This document shows positions 9,017-18,513 of a stretch of DNA of 51,995 bases, piece after piece (position 1 is the first letter of the stretch; each line of letters opens with the position of its first letter). Made by a program: the position numbers and the translations under genes. The DNA lies in contig JBFJWO010000001.1 of assembly GCA_041623575.1 (NCBI GenBank), forward strand, positions 1 to 51,995, in the 5' to 3' direction. This stretch comes from Gammaproteobacteria bacterium (GTDB lineage: Bacteria; Pseudomonadota; Gammaproteobacteria; JAHELT01). The notes below the pieces were generated by a model. That model was given only the letters and a program-made list of their open reading frames with translations. It was not told where the DNA came from and searched no databases.

Positions 9017-9650
9017 TGCCCTGTTGCACAGCCGCCAGTTGTGGCGAGGCGGCGAGCTGTCTGCCCCGGTCCCGGCCATCCCCACCGGCTTTCGCGAACT
9101 GGATGCCTTGCTGCCGGGCGGCGGCTGGCCGGACAGCGGCCTGGTGGAACTGTTGCCGGCGCGCGCCGGAATCGGCGAGTTGCGGCTGCTGATGCCGGTG
9201 CTGGCCCGGCTCAGCCGCGCCGAGCGCTGGATCGCCTGGGTAGCGCCGCCTTACCTGCCTTACGCGCCCGCCCTGGCGGCCGCCGGGGTGGAACTGTCCC
9301 GCATCCTGATGATCCACCCGCGCGGCGCCCAGGACGGCCTGTGGGCGCTGGAGCAGGCGTTGCGGGCGGGGACCTGCGGCGCGGTCCTGGCCTGGCCCGA
9401 GGTCCTCGACGGGCGGGCCATGCGGCGTCTGCAACTGGCGGCCGAGGCCGGCAACAGCCTGGGCTTCCTGTTCCGCTCGACCAGGGTCTCGCGCCAGCCT
9501 TCCACCGCGCAGTTGCGCCTGCAACTCGACGGCATTGCCGAGGGCGGCGAGGACGCCCGCCATCTCTGCGTGGACATCCTCAAGCGTCGCGGCGGCTGGC
9601 CGGTCGGGCCGGTCACCGTGGCATTCAGGCAGGGCGCCCGGGCGCACTGA
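9006..9650 (+). CDS. imuA: ImuA, RecA/SulA-like translesion-synthesis cassette protein
   Basis: 214 aa. Typical ImuA N-terminus ([32 protein letters not shown]). Overlaps the lexA stop by 11 nt and lies upstream of imuB-dnaE2. Confidence 0.85.
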   Translation: MSLDALLHSRQLWRGGELSAPVPAIPTGFRELDALLPGGGWPDSGLVELLPARAGIGELRLLMPVLARLSRAERWIAWVAPPYLPYAPALAAAGVELSRILMIHPRGAQDGLWALEQALRAGTCGAVLAWPEVLDGRAMRRLQLAAEAGNSLGFLFRSTRVSRQPSTAQLRLQLDGIAEGGEDARHLCVDILKRRGGWPVGPVTVAFRQGARAH

Positions 9651-9683
9651 GCCGAAGGTGCCTGGCGTCGCGGAGAAAACGGC

Positions 9684-10151
9684 ATGCCTGCGCGATTCCT
9701 CAACGCAACGGTGATCCTGCCGGCCCACGACCTGCCCGCTACCGCCCGTTATTACCGGGAGAAACTCGGGTTCTCGATCGAGATCCTCTGGGAGGACCCG
9801 CCCTACGGGGTGGCGGTGCGCGGGCAGGCGGTGATCGAGTTCGGCCAGCAACGGTTTCCGGATACCGCCAGGGGCGTGTGTTACGTCCACGTCGGCGACG
9901 TCGACGAAGTCTACCGGGAGTTCGCCGAGGCGGGCGCGCACTTCGTCACGGCGCCTGCCGACCGTGCTTACGGCTGCCGGGATTTCCGGGTCCGGGACAA
10001 CAACGGCAACCTGCTGATCGTCGGCAGCCCGTTGCCCGGCAGCCCCCTGTCGGAGGGCGTCATCGCAGCCCTTCCCGATACACGGGAGCGTCAGGGCGAG
10101 GATCGTGCCGGGCCGCCCGACGCCGGTGCCCGGCGGCCGGACTGCCGTTGA
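9684..10151 (+). CDS. VOC-family (glyoxalase / bleomycin-resistance-like) protein
   Basis: 155 aa. Resembles the bleomycin-resistance/glyoxalase fold (ATVILPAHDLPATARYYREKLGF..VAVRGQAVIEF..CYVHVGDVDEVYREF..DRAYGCRDFRVRDNNGNLLIVG). The C-terminal ~35 aa are low complexity. Confidence 0.75.
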   Translation: MPARFLNATVILPAHDLPATARYYREKLGFSIEILWEDPPYGVAVRGQAVIEFGQQRFPDTARGVCYVHVGDVDEVYREFAEAGAHFVTAPADRAYGCRDFRVRDNNGNLLIVGSPLPGSPLSEGVIAALPDTRERQGEDRAGPPDAGARRPDCR

Positions 10152-10178
10152 GCCGCGTGTCGCTCCGCCGCTCTGCCC

Positions 10179-11612
10179 ATGCTCTGGTTGTGCCTGCATT
10201 TCCCCCTGTTGCCGCTGGAGGTGCTGGCGCGCGCCGGGCAGGCCGGCCCGGCAGTGGTGAGCGCCGAGAGCGGCGGGCGCGAACGGGTAGAGGTCTGCAA
10301 CGAGGCCGCCGCCCGCCTCGGGGTGTGCCCGGGCCTGCGCATGAGTTCGGTCTGGGCACTGGCGCCGGAGTCGACGCACTACCCGCGTAACAGTGCGCGT
10401 GAGGCGCGAGCCCTGACCCGCCTGGCCGCCTGGTGCGGCCAGTTCAGCGACTTCGTCAGCCTGCGCGCGCCCGATGCGGTGTTGCTGGAGGTGCGGGGCA
10501 GTCTGAGGCTGTTCGGCGGGTTGGCGCGGCTGCTGGCGCTGCTGGACGGGGCGATCGCGGAACTGGGCTACACCGCGCAGCGGGGCGTGGCACCGACCCC
10601 GCTGGCGGCCAGCCTGCTGGCGCGTGCCGGGGGCGGGATCGCCAGCGGCACGGGCTGGGAGGGGCAACTGGCGAAGATCCCGCTCGACCGACTGGAACAG
10701 CCGCCCGCCGTGCTCGAGGCATTGCAGGAAATGGGGATCGGTACCGTCGGCGCCTGTCGTCGCCTGCCGCGCTCCGGGCTGGCGCAGCGTTTCGGTCCCT
10801 CGCTGCTGCAGTACCTCGATCGCCTGTGCGGGCTCGCCGCCCACCCGGTAGCGCGCTTCGAGGCGCCGGCCCGTTATGCCGAGCGGATTGCGCTGCCGGC
10901 CGAGAGCACCTCCGTGCAGGCGCTGGGGTTCGCCTTGCGGCGGCTGATTTTCGAGTTCTGCGGCATCCTCACCGGGCACGCCTCCGGCGTGCAGACCTTC
11001 GAGGTGGAACTGGTCCACGAACGCGTGGCCGCGACCCTGCTCGGGTTCGCCCTGGTATCGCCCAGCCGCGACCCGGCGCACCTGCTGATGCTGGTGCGTG
11101 AGAAGCTCGAACGCACCACGCTGGACGCGCCGGTGGTCGAGGTCGGGCTGCGCGCCGGGCGCTTCGAGTCGCTGCTGGCGGCGAGCGAAGACCTGTTCGA
11201 CGCACGCGGCGCGGCCCACGACGGCCTGTTCCTCGATCGCCTGCGCGTACGCCTCGGCGGCGAGGCCGTGGGCAGTGTGCGCTGTTTCGCCGAGCACCGC
11301 CCGGAGTACGCCTGGGGCAAGGCCGACCCGGATGCCTCGCGCACCGCGCAGGTCCCCGCTTACCCGGTCCGCCTGGAGCGACCCTTGTGGCTGCTGTCGC
11401 AACCTCTCGCGCTGGCCACCCGCGACGGGCTGCCCTGCTACGAAGGCGAGCTGGTCCTCTACGACGGCCCGGAGCGCATCGAGAGCGGGTGGTGGGACGG
11501 GCGCGACGTGACCCGCGACTACTTTCTCGCCGGCAACGCGCAGGGTGCGAGTTTCTGGGTGTTCCAGGAACTGCGCCGGCGCGAATGGTTCCTGCACGGG
11601 ATCTTTGCCTGA
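10179..11612 (+). CDS. imuB: ImuB, Y-family DNA polymerase-like protein of the mutagenesis cassette
   Basis: 477 aa. Canonical ImuB start (MLWLCLHFPLLPLEVL). Sits immediately upstream of dnaE2. Confidence 0.85.
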   Translation: MLWLCLHFPLLPLEVLARAGQAGPAVVSAESGGRERVEVCNEAAARLGVCPGLRMSSVWALAPESTHYPRNSAREARALTRLAAWCGQFSDFVSLRAPDAVLLEVRGSLRLFGGLARLLALLDGAIAELGYTAQRGVAPTPLAASLLARAGGGIASGTGWEGQLAKIPLDRLEQPPAVLEALQEMGIGTVGACRRLPRSGLAQRFGPSLLQYLDRLCGLAAHPVARFEAPARYAERIALPAESTSVQALGFALRRLIFEFCGILTGHASGVQTFEVELVHERVAATLLGFALVSPSRDPAHLLMLVREKLERTTLDAPVVEVGLRAGRFESLLAASEDLFDARGAAHDGLFLDRLRVRLGGEAVGSVRCFAEHRPEYAWGKADPDASRTAQVPAYPVRLERPLWLLSQPLALATRDGLPCYEGELVLYDGPERIESGWWDGRDVTRDYFLAGNAQGASFWVFQELRRREWFLHGIFA

Positions 11613-11628
11613 CCTTGCCCCGGCCGCG

Positions 11629-14600
11629 ATGGAACTCCCGGACTACGCCGAGCTGCACGCCGTTTCGAACTTCACCTTCCTGCGTGGCGCCTCGCACCCC
11701 GAGGAACTGGTGAAGCGCGCCGGTGCGCTCGGCTACCGGGCGTTCGCGCTCACCGACGAATGCTCGCTGGCGGGTATAGTGCGCGCGCACACCGCGGCGC
11801 GCGACTGCGGCCTGCACCTGATCGTCGGCACCGAGCTGGTGTTCGAGCCCGGACTGCGGCTGGTGTTGCTGGCGGTCAATCGCCACGGCTACGGGCGGAT
11901 AGCGTCGCTCATCACACGTGCCCGGCGCGCGGCCGCCAAGGGCGCTTATCGCCTGTGCCGCGAGGACCTGTGCAATGCCCCCGGAGAGCTGGCCGATTGC
12001 CTGGTCCTGTGGCTGCCCGGCGATCCCGCCGACGTCGCCACCGGGCGCTGGCTCGCGCAGGCCTTTGGCGGGCGTGTGTGGCTCGCCGTGGAGCTGACGC
12101 GCGACGGCACGGAGCGCCGGCGCCTGGCCGTGCTCACCCGTCTCGGCGGGAAATGCTCGCTGCCGCTGGTGGCGGCCGGCGACGTGCACATGCACCGCCG
12201 CGGCCGGCGTGCCGTGCAGGACACGCTGACGGCGATCCGCCTCAAGTCCACGGTGGCGGCGGCCGGCCTCGCGTTGCACGCCAACGGCGAGCGTCACCTG
12301 CGCGCCCGCGATTACCTTGCCCGGCTCTACCCACCGGAGCTGCTGGCGGAGACCGTGCGCGTGGCCGCCCGTTGTACGTTCTCGCTCGAGGAGTTGCGCT
12401 ACGAGTATCCCGCCGAGCTGGTGCCCGCCGGCAAGACCCCCGGCGGCTGGTTGCGGGAGTTGACCCTGGCCGGCGCCCGCCGCCGCTGGCCCGGAGGTGT
12501 GCCGCCGCGGGTCGAGGCGCAGCTGCAGCACGAACTGGCGCTGATCGGCGAGCTGGCTTACGAGCCCTATTTCCTGACTGTGCACGACCTCGTGGCCTTC
12601 GCCCGCGCGCACGACATCCTCTGCCAGGGCCGCGGCTCGGCGGCCAACTCGGCGGTGTGTTACTGCCTCGGGATCACCGAGGTCGACCCCTCGCGCATGA
12701 GCCTGCTGTTCGAGCGGTTCGTGTCGCGCGAGCGCAACGAGCCTCCCGACATCGACGTGGATTTCGAGCACGCCCGGCGCGAGGAAGTCATCCAGTACGT
12801 CTATCGCAAGTACGGGCGCGAGCGCGCTGCCCTGGCTGCCACGGTGATCACCTACCGCCTGCGCAGCGCCGTGCGTGACACCGGCAAGGCGCTGGGCCTG
12901 TCGCTGGAGCAGGTCGACCGCCTGGCCAAGAACCTGGCCTGGTGGGACGGGCGCCGGGTCGACGAGGAGCGCCTGCGCGAGTGCGGGCTGGACCCGGGCA
13001 GCCCGCTGGTGCAGCGGGTGGTGAGCCTCGCCACCCAGCTGGTCGGCTTCCCGCGCCACCTCTCGCAGCACGTCGGCGGTTTCGTGATCTCCCGCGGCCC
13101 GTTGAGCGAGCTGGTGCCGATCGAAAACGCCGCCATGCCCGAGCGCACCGTCATCCAGTGGGACAAGGACGACCTCGACGCGCTCGGCCTGCTGAAAGTC
13201 GACTGCCTGGCGCTCGGCATGCTGAACGCCATCCACAAGGCCTTCGACCTGCTCGGCGAAGTGCGCGGGCAGGCGTACAGCCTGGCGAGCATCCCGCCCG
13301 AGGACCCGCAGGTGTACGCCATGATCCAGAAAGCCGACACGGTGGGCGTGTTCCAGATCGAGTCGCGGGCGCAGATGTCGATGTTGCCGCGGCTCAGGCC
13401 GGAGAACTTCTACGACCTCGTGATCGAAGTGGCCATCGTGCGTCCCGGCCCCATCCAGGGCGACATGGTGCATCCCTACCTGCGCCGCCGCCAGGGCCTG
13501 GAGCCCGTCGACTACCCCAGCGAGGAGGTCCGCGAGGTCCTGGAGCGGACCCTGGGCGTGCCGATCTTCCAGGAGCAGGTGATCAAGCTGGCGATGGTCG
13601 CGGCCGGCTTCAGCCCCGGCGAGGCCGACCGGCTGCGCCGATCCATGGCGGCCTGGCGGCGCAACGGCGAGCTTGCGCAATTCGAGCAGCGCCTCATCGA
13701 CGGCATGCGCCGGCGCGGCTACGGGGTCGAGTTCGCCGAGCGGATCTTCCGCCAGATCCAGGGGTTCGGCGAGTACGGTTTTCCCGAGTCGCACGCCGCC
13801 AGCTTCGCGCTGCTGGTGTACGTCTCGGCCTGGCTGAAGTGCCACGAGCCGGCGGCCTTCACCTGTGCGCTGCTCAATGCCCAGCCCATGGGGTTCTATG
13901 CCCCGGCGCAACTGGTGCAGGACGCGCGCCGTCACGGCGTCGAGGTGCTCGCCGTGGACGTCACTCACAGTCGCTGGGAGAGCAGCCTGGAGCCGCGTGG
14001 TGGAGCCCAACCGGCGTTGCGCCTGGGGCTGGACCGGGTCAAGGGACTGTCGCGGGAGGCCGGCGAGCGGGTCTTGCGGGCCCGCTCCGGCGCGCCGTTT
14101 CGCGACCTGAACGATCTCGCGGCGCGCGCCGGTCTGCGCCGCAACGACCTGGCCGCGCTGGCCAATGCCGATGCTTTCTCCGCGCTCTCCGGCCACCGCC
14201 ACCAGGCGCGCTGGGAGCTGGCGGGGGTGGAGCCGCCCGCGGGGCTGTTGCCCACGCCGGCACCGGGTGGCGAGGCACCGGTGGCCTTACGCCTGCCGAG
14301 CGAGGGCGAGGAGGTGGCCGCGGACTACGCCCATCTCGGCCTGACCTTGCGGCGCCACCCGTTGGCGCTGCTGCGCCCGCGCTTCGACAGGGTCCACACG
14401 GCCGCGGGGCTCTGGGATCTCGCTGACGGCGCGCGCGCCGAGACCGTGGGGCTGGTCACCTGTCGCCAGCGCCCGGGTACCGCCACCGGCGTATTGTTCC
14501 TGACGCTCGAGGACGAGACCGGGGTGATCAACGTGATCGTGTGGAACCGGGTCGCCGAGCGTTACCGGCGGGCGGTGCTGGCCGCGAGCCTGCTCGGCGT

Positions 14601-14712
14601 GCGCGGGCACGTTCAGCGCGAAGGGGACGTGTTGCACGTGGTCGCACGCCATCTCCGGGACCACACCGCGGAGCTCGGCGGCCTCACCGCCGCCTCGCGG
14701 GATTTTCACTGA
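11629..14712 (+). CDS. dnaE2: Error-prone DNA polymerase III alpha-like subunit DnaE2 (ImuC)
   Basis: An in-frame ATG at 11629 gives the canonical DnaE2 start (MELPDYAELHAVSNFTFLRGASHPEEL). PHP and Pol III alpha core motifs are present (GRGSAANSAVCYCLGIT, DIDVDFE, FQIESRAQ). The tracked ORF start at 11545 overlaps imuB and is probably an artefactual extension. Confidence 0.93.
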   Translation: MELPDYAELHAVSNFTFLRGASHPEELVKRAGALGYRAFALTDECSLAGIVRAHTAARDCGLHLIVGTELVFEPGLRLVLLAVNRHGYGRIASLITRARRAAAKGAYRLCREDLCNAPGELADCLVLWLPGDPADVATGRWLAQAFGGRVWLAVELTRDGTERRRLAVLTRLGGKCSLPLVAAGDVHMHRRGRRAVQDTLTAIRLKSTVAAAGLALHANGERHLRARDYLARLYPPELLAETVRVAARCTFSLEELRYEYPAELVPAGKTPGGWLRELTLAGARRRWPGGVPPRVEAQLQHELALIGELAYEPYFLTVHDLVAFARAHDILCQGRGSAANSAVCYCLGITEVDPSRMSLLFERFVSRERNEPPDIDVDFEHARREEVIQYVYRKYGRERAALAATVITYRLRSAVRDTGKALGLSLEQVDRLAKNLAWWDGRRVDEERLRECGLDPGSPLVQRVVSLATQLVGFPRHLSQHVGGFVISRGPLSELVPIENAAMPERTVIQWDKDDLDALGLLKVDCLALGMLNAIHKAFDLLGEVRGQAYSLASIPPEDPQVYAMIQKADTVGVFQIESRAQMSMLPRLRPENFYDLVIEVAIVRPGPIQGDMVHPYLRRRQGLEPVDYPSEEVREVLERTLGVPIFQEQVIKLAMVAAGFSPGEADRLRRSMAAWRRNGELAQFEQRLIDGMRRRGYGVEFAERIFRQIQGFGEYGFPESHAASFALLVYVSAWLKCHEPAAFTCALLNAQPMGFYAPAQLVQDARRHGVEVLAVDVTHSRWESSLEPRGGAQPALRLGLDRVKGLSREAGERVLRARSGAPFRDLNDLAARAGLRRNDLAALANADAFSALSGHRHQARWELAGVEPPAGLLPTPAPGGEAPVALRLPSEGEEVAADYAHLGLTLRRHPLALLRPRFDRVHTAAGLWDLADGARAETVGLVTCRQRPGTATGVLFLTLEDETGVINVIVWNRVAERYRRAVLAASLLGVRGHVQREGDVLHVVARHLRDHTAELGGLTAASRDFH

Positions 14713-15914
14713 GCGCCGTGAAACTCGATGGCGATGAGGGTCACGTCGTCGCCGTTCTCGACGCCGCCGCAGAAACCGCCCAGCGCCTCGCGCAGGCTGG
14801 CCACCAGCTCCCCCACCGCCAGCTCGCGCTGCGCGGCGAGGAACTCGTGCAGGCGCTCCTCGCCGAAGTGCTCGCCGCCGCGGTTCTCCCACTCCAAAAT
14901 GCCGTCGGTATACATGAACACCTTGTCCCCGCGCGCCAGACGATAGCCGTACTCGTCGAAGTGGTTGGCGGTGTTCAGGATACCGAGCGGCAGGTTCTTG
15001 CTTCGCAGTATCACCAGCGCCCCGCCGTCGGCCGGGGCAACGACGAGCGGGGGGTGTCCGCCGGCGCTCATCGTGAGCGCGCCGCGCGTGTCGATCTGCA
15101 GTGCCATGCCGGTCATGAAATGCCCGCCCGGGATGGCGGGTTTGAGCACGGCGTCCAGGCGCCGCAGGACTTCGCAGGGCGACACGGACTTGCCGATGTG
15201 CGCGATCCCCATGCTGGCCATCACCGTGATGAACGCCGAGGCGATGCCGTGCCCCGTCGCGTCGCCGAGGAAGACCTCCTGCCCGCCGCCCGGGCGCTCG
15301 CCGAAGTGGTAGTAGTCGCCGGACACGAGCCCGCAGGGCTGGATCCACACCGCCGCGCTGAGGTGGTCGGGGCACGGCGGCTTGGCCAGCATCTCGTGCT
15401 GAACCTCGGCGGCGAAACGCAGGTCGCTCTCGAGGATCTGCTTCTGTTGCATCAGCGTGCGTTGCAGCGCCTCCAGCGCCTGTTGCCGGCGACTGGCCTC
15501 GGCGTGGTAGCGCACCCGTGCATGCAGCTCGACGGCGTCGGGAAACTTGACCAGGTAGTCCGACACGCCCTCGGCGAAGCAGCGCGCCTTCTCCTGTGCC
15601 GAATCGACGCTCGAGAGCATGATCACCGGCGCCCCCGCGAACTCCTCGCTCTCGCGCAGGTGTTTGACCAGGCCGAGGCCGTGGCAGGCGTCCATGCGCA
15701 CGTCGACGAGGAACACGTCGGGGCGGAACTCGCGCGCGCAGGCGAGTGCCCGCATCGGGTGCACGCAGCCCATCAGCTCGATCTGCGCCTGGTCCTCGAA
15801 CAGGTCGGCGATGAGGTCCAGCGCGTCCTGGTCGTCGTCGACGTGCAGCACGCGAATGGCATCGAGCACGACCGGCTGCTCGAGCTTCGATAGCGGCGCG
15901 GCGAGCTGGTTCAT
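14706..15914 (-). CDS. Response regulator receiver fused to a PP2C/SpoIIE-type Ser/Thr phosphatase (RsbU-like)
   Basis: Receiver domain (RVLHVDDDQDALDLI..PDVFLVDVRMD..VIMLSS..DYLVKF), then a SpoIIE/PP2C core (SGDYYHF..FLGDATGHGIASA..GGHPP..MYTDGILE). Start placed at the internal ATG 15914 (MNQLAAPL); the upstream 49 codons are Arg/Pro-rich. Confidence 0.85.
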   Translation of the reverse strand: MNQLAAPLSKLEQPVVLDAIRVLHVDDDQDALDLIADLFEDQAQIELMGCVHPMRALACAREFRPDVFLVDVRMDACHGLGLVKHLRESEEFAGAPVIMLSSVDSAQEKARCFAEGVSDYLVKFPDAVELHARVRYHAEASRRQQALEALQRTLMQQKQILESDLRFAAEVQHEMLAKPPCPDHLSAAVWIQPCGLVSGDYYHFGERPGGGQEVFLGDATGHGIASAFITVMASMGIAHIGKSVSPCEVLRRLDAVLKPAIPGGHFMTGMALQIDTRGALTMSAGGHPPLVVAPADGGALVILRSKNLPLGILNTANHFDEYGYRLARGDKVFMYTDGILEWENRGGEHFGEERLHEFLAAQRELAVGELVASLREALGGFCGGVENGDDVTLIAIEFHGAQ

Positions 15915-16026
15915 AAGACTCTGCGACGGGTGCTGATGGCAGGTTATCGGGCGCCGCGCGGGCATCTTTAGGGTGTCCGGCCCCTGGCCGGCCGGCGGCG
16001 GCGCACGCCGGTACGGACCGTCGCGG

Positions 16027-17337
16027 CTACGCTTCCCGCAGGTCGTCGACGACCTCGCCATGCAGCAGGTCGTGCCCGTCGTGGCGCAGATCGGTGGGCA
16101 GGATCCGGTTCGTGAGCGGCGCCGCCGCGGCGTCTACCTCCGTACAGACCCGCAACATGTTGGGCGTGTAGCCGAGGTAACGCCGGCGCCCGTTGTGGCG
16201 CAGTTCGCCTTCGCCTTCCCACAGCACCGGCAGGCGCCGACCGGCGAATCGCGCCAGCGTCGTGCGCGTGCAGCGCTGGGCGAGCTCATGCAGGGCCCGG
16301 CTGCGCTCGCGCTTGACCGCCCCGTCCACCTGCTCGGGAAGACGCGCCGCCTTGGTGCCCTCGCGTGCCGAGAAGCTGAACACGTGGATGTGCCCGAAGC
16401 AGATCTCCCCGGCGAAGGCGAGCGTCGTCGCCCATTCCTCGGCGCTCTCGCCGGGAAAGCCCACGATGATGTCCGTGGTGACGTTGAAATCCGCCACCGC
16501 CGAGCGCGCCCGCTCGACGAGCGCGCGGAATTCGCCGGTCTTGCAACGCCGGGCCATGCGCCTCAGCACGCTGTCGCAGCCGCTCTGCAGGGGCAGGTGC
16601 ATGTGCGGCATGAGCCGGGTGTCGGCGAACAGGTCGAAAAAGTCGGCCGGCAGGTCCCAGGGCTCCACCGACGCGAGGCGCAGGCGCTCCACGCCGGTGT
16701 CGTCGAGCAGCGCGCGGATCAAGGTGGCGAGGCTCTCGCCGGTGTCGCTGCCGTAGCCGCCGACGTGCACCCCCGTCAACACGACTTCACGCACACCGCC
16801 GGCAACCAGCGCGTTCACTTGCGCCACCACTTCGCCGATCGCGCGGCTGCGCTCCTCGCCGCGTGCCACCGTGACGATGCAGTAGGTGCAGCGGTACCGG
16901 CAACCGTCCTGCACCTTGACGAACGCGCGCTGGCGCCCCCGCGCGAACAGTGCCGCTTCCCCCGGTTCGGTGGCCGCCGCCGACAGCGCCGCCGGCGCCA
17001 GCTCGCGCCCGACGATAGCGACCAGGTCGTCCTTGTCCGCGTTGCCGATCACCAGGTCGACGCCGAGGCGCTCGGCCGCGGCCCCGCCCCCGAGAGAGGC
17101 GTAGCAGCCGGTCATCACCAGCTTGGCGCGCGGGTTGTCGCGATGCAGGCGCCTGATGCTCTGGCGCGACTTGCGTTCCGCCTCGCGGGTGACCGCGCAG
17201 CTGTTGAACACCATCAGGTCGGCGCGCAGGGGATCGGTGGTCAGGCGGTGGCCGGCGTCGCGAAAGCGGGTGCCCCAGGATTCGAGTTCCGCCTCGTTGA
17301 GGCGACAGCCGATGGCCTTGAGATACACTTGCAGCAT
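16027..17337 (-). CDS. mtaB: Radical-SAM methylthiotransferase, MtaB-like (tRNA t6A37 methylthiolation)
   Basis: 436 aa. UPF0004 N-terminal Cys triad (GCRLNEAE, NSCAVT, TGCYA). Radical SAM CxxxCxxC motif (CRYRCTYCIV). TRAM-like C-terminus. Confidence 0.88.
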   Translation of the reverse strand: MLQVYLKAIGCRLNEAELESWGTRFRDAGHRLTTDPLRADLMVFNSCAVTREAERKSRQSIRRLHRDNPRAKLVMTGCYASLGGGAAAERLGVDLVIGNADKDDLVAIVGRELAPAALSAAATEPGEAALFARGRQRAFVKVQDGCRYRCTYCIVTVARGEERSRAIGEVVAQVNALVAGGVREVVLTGVHVGGYGSDTGESLATLIRALLDDTGVERLRLASVEPWDLPADFFDLFADTRLMPHMHLPLQSGCDSVLRRMARRCKTGEFRALVERARSAVADFNVTTDIIVGFPGESAEEWATTLAFAGEICFGHIHVFSFSAREGTKAARLPEQVDGAVKRERSRALHELAQRCTRTTLARFAGRRLPVLWEGEGELRHNGRRRYLGYTPNMLRVCTEVDAAAAPLTNRILPTDLRHDGHDLLHGEVVDDLREA

Positions 17338-17361
17338 CCGCCTAGTCTAAAGGTTCCGGCA

Positions 17362-18213
17362 ATGCCCTACACCACGCTCGTCGACGCCCGGACCCTGCAG
17401 GAACGTCTCGGCGACCCCGCCTGGGTGGTGCTCGATTGCCGGTTCGATCTCGCCAGGCCGGCCGCGGGGCGCGAGGCCTACCGGGCGGGCCACATCCCGG
17501 GCGCCCGTTACGCCGACCTCGATGCCGACCTCGCCGCGCCGATCGGACCGGACACCGGGCGCCACCCGTTGCCCGATCCGGATGTTTTCGCTGCCTGGCT
17601 CGGCCGCCAGGGCGTGGGACCCGACAGCCAGGTCGTCGCGTACGACGCGCAGGGCAGCGCGATCGCCGCGCGTGCCTGGTGGCTGTTGCGCTGGCTGGGC
17701 CACCAGCGGGTCGCGGTGCTGGACGGGGGGTTCGAGGCTTGGCGCCGCGGCGGTTTCGCGCTGCAGCGGGATCTGCCGCAACCGGCGCCCGCGGGCGCTT
17801 ATCCGTACCGCCTGGACGACACCCTGCACGTCGACGCCGCGGCGATCGTCGACGCCACCCGCGGCGGCACCCTGCGCCTGCTCGATGCGCGCGCGCCGGA
17901 ACGTTTCCGCGGCGAGCACGAACCGCTCGACAGTGTCGCCGGCCATGTGCCGGGCGCGATCAACCATCCGTTTCAGCGCGATCTCGGTGCGGACGGGCGT
18001 TTCCGCGACGCCGCCGAGTTGCGTGAGCAGTTGACCCGCGACCTCGGCCCCGCGACCGCGACGGACACCGTGTGCATGTGCGGGTCGGGTGTGACCGCAT
18101 GCCATACGCTGCTCGCGCTGGAGATCGCCGGGTTGCGCGGAGCGCGTCTCTACCCGGGCTCGTGGTCGCAGTGGATTCGCGACCCGCGCCGACCCATCGC
18201 CACCGGCGACTGA
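17362..18213 (+). CDS. sseA: Tandem-rhodanese sulfurtransferase, 3-mercaptopyruvate sulfurtransferase type
   Basis: Only the last 283 codons of the 746-aa tracked ORF look real (MPYTTLVDARTLQERL..GHIPGARY..). The active-site loop CGSGVTA is the CG[ST]GVT signature of MST rather than the CRKGVT of thiosulfate rhodanese. Confidence 0.85.
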   Translation: MPYTTLVDARTLQERLGDPAWVVLDCRFDLARPAAGREAYRAGHIPGARYADLDADLAAPIGPDTGRHPLPDPDVFAAWLGRQGVGPDSQVVAYDAQGSAIAARAWWLLRWLGHQRVAVLDGGFEAWRRGGFALQRDLPQPAPAGAYPYRLDDTLHVDAAAIVDATRGGTLRLLDARAPERFRGEHEPLDSVAGHVPGAINHPFQRDLGADGRFRDAAELREQLTRDLGPATATDTVCMCGSGVTACHTLLALEIAGLRGARLYPGSWSQWIRDPRRPIATGD

Positions 18214-18513
18214 GGTCTCGACGCGAGCGCCGACGGAGGCCGTTTCGCGCCGCTTCGGGGTCGTTCTCTGACCGTCGAATAACCTGACAAAGCACGCCAC
18301 AGCGCGCTTGCCTCGTGACCGAGTTCACAGTCTCGGCATTCCGCCGCTGCTGCGCTGTGGGCCACTGCCAAAGTTTTGTGGACGTTGTCGCATTCACGAA
18401 TCCCCCGGTCGAGCACACTTCGCCACCAGTTCCGGCAAGGCGTCCCGACGCCGCGCTGGCATCGGGGCAATGAAGGGACGCCGGCAGGCGACACACACGT
18501 TATGGGTGCAAAT

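Noticed and set aside
8937-14202. Very long minus-strand ORFs (8937-11597, 886 aa; 10969-14202, 1077 aa) opposite imuA/imuB/dnaE2
   Set aside because: The translations are Arg/Gly/Pro/Ala-rich low-complexity with no motifs. They are antisense to genes with unmistakable homology. These are typical stop-codon-poor shadow ORFs of high-GC DNA.
15973-17361. N-terminal 463 codons of the 746-aa ORF ending at 18213
   Set aside because: This part is antisense to mtaB and low complexity. A canonical rhodanese N-terminus begins at the internal ATG 17362.
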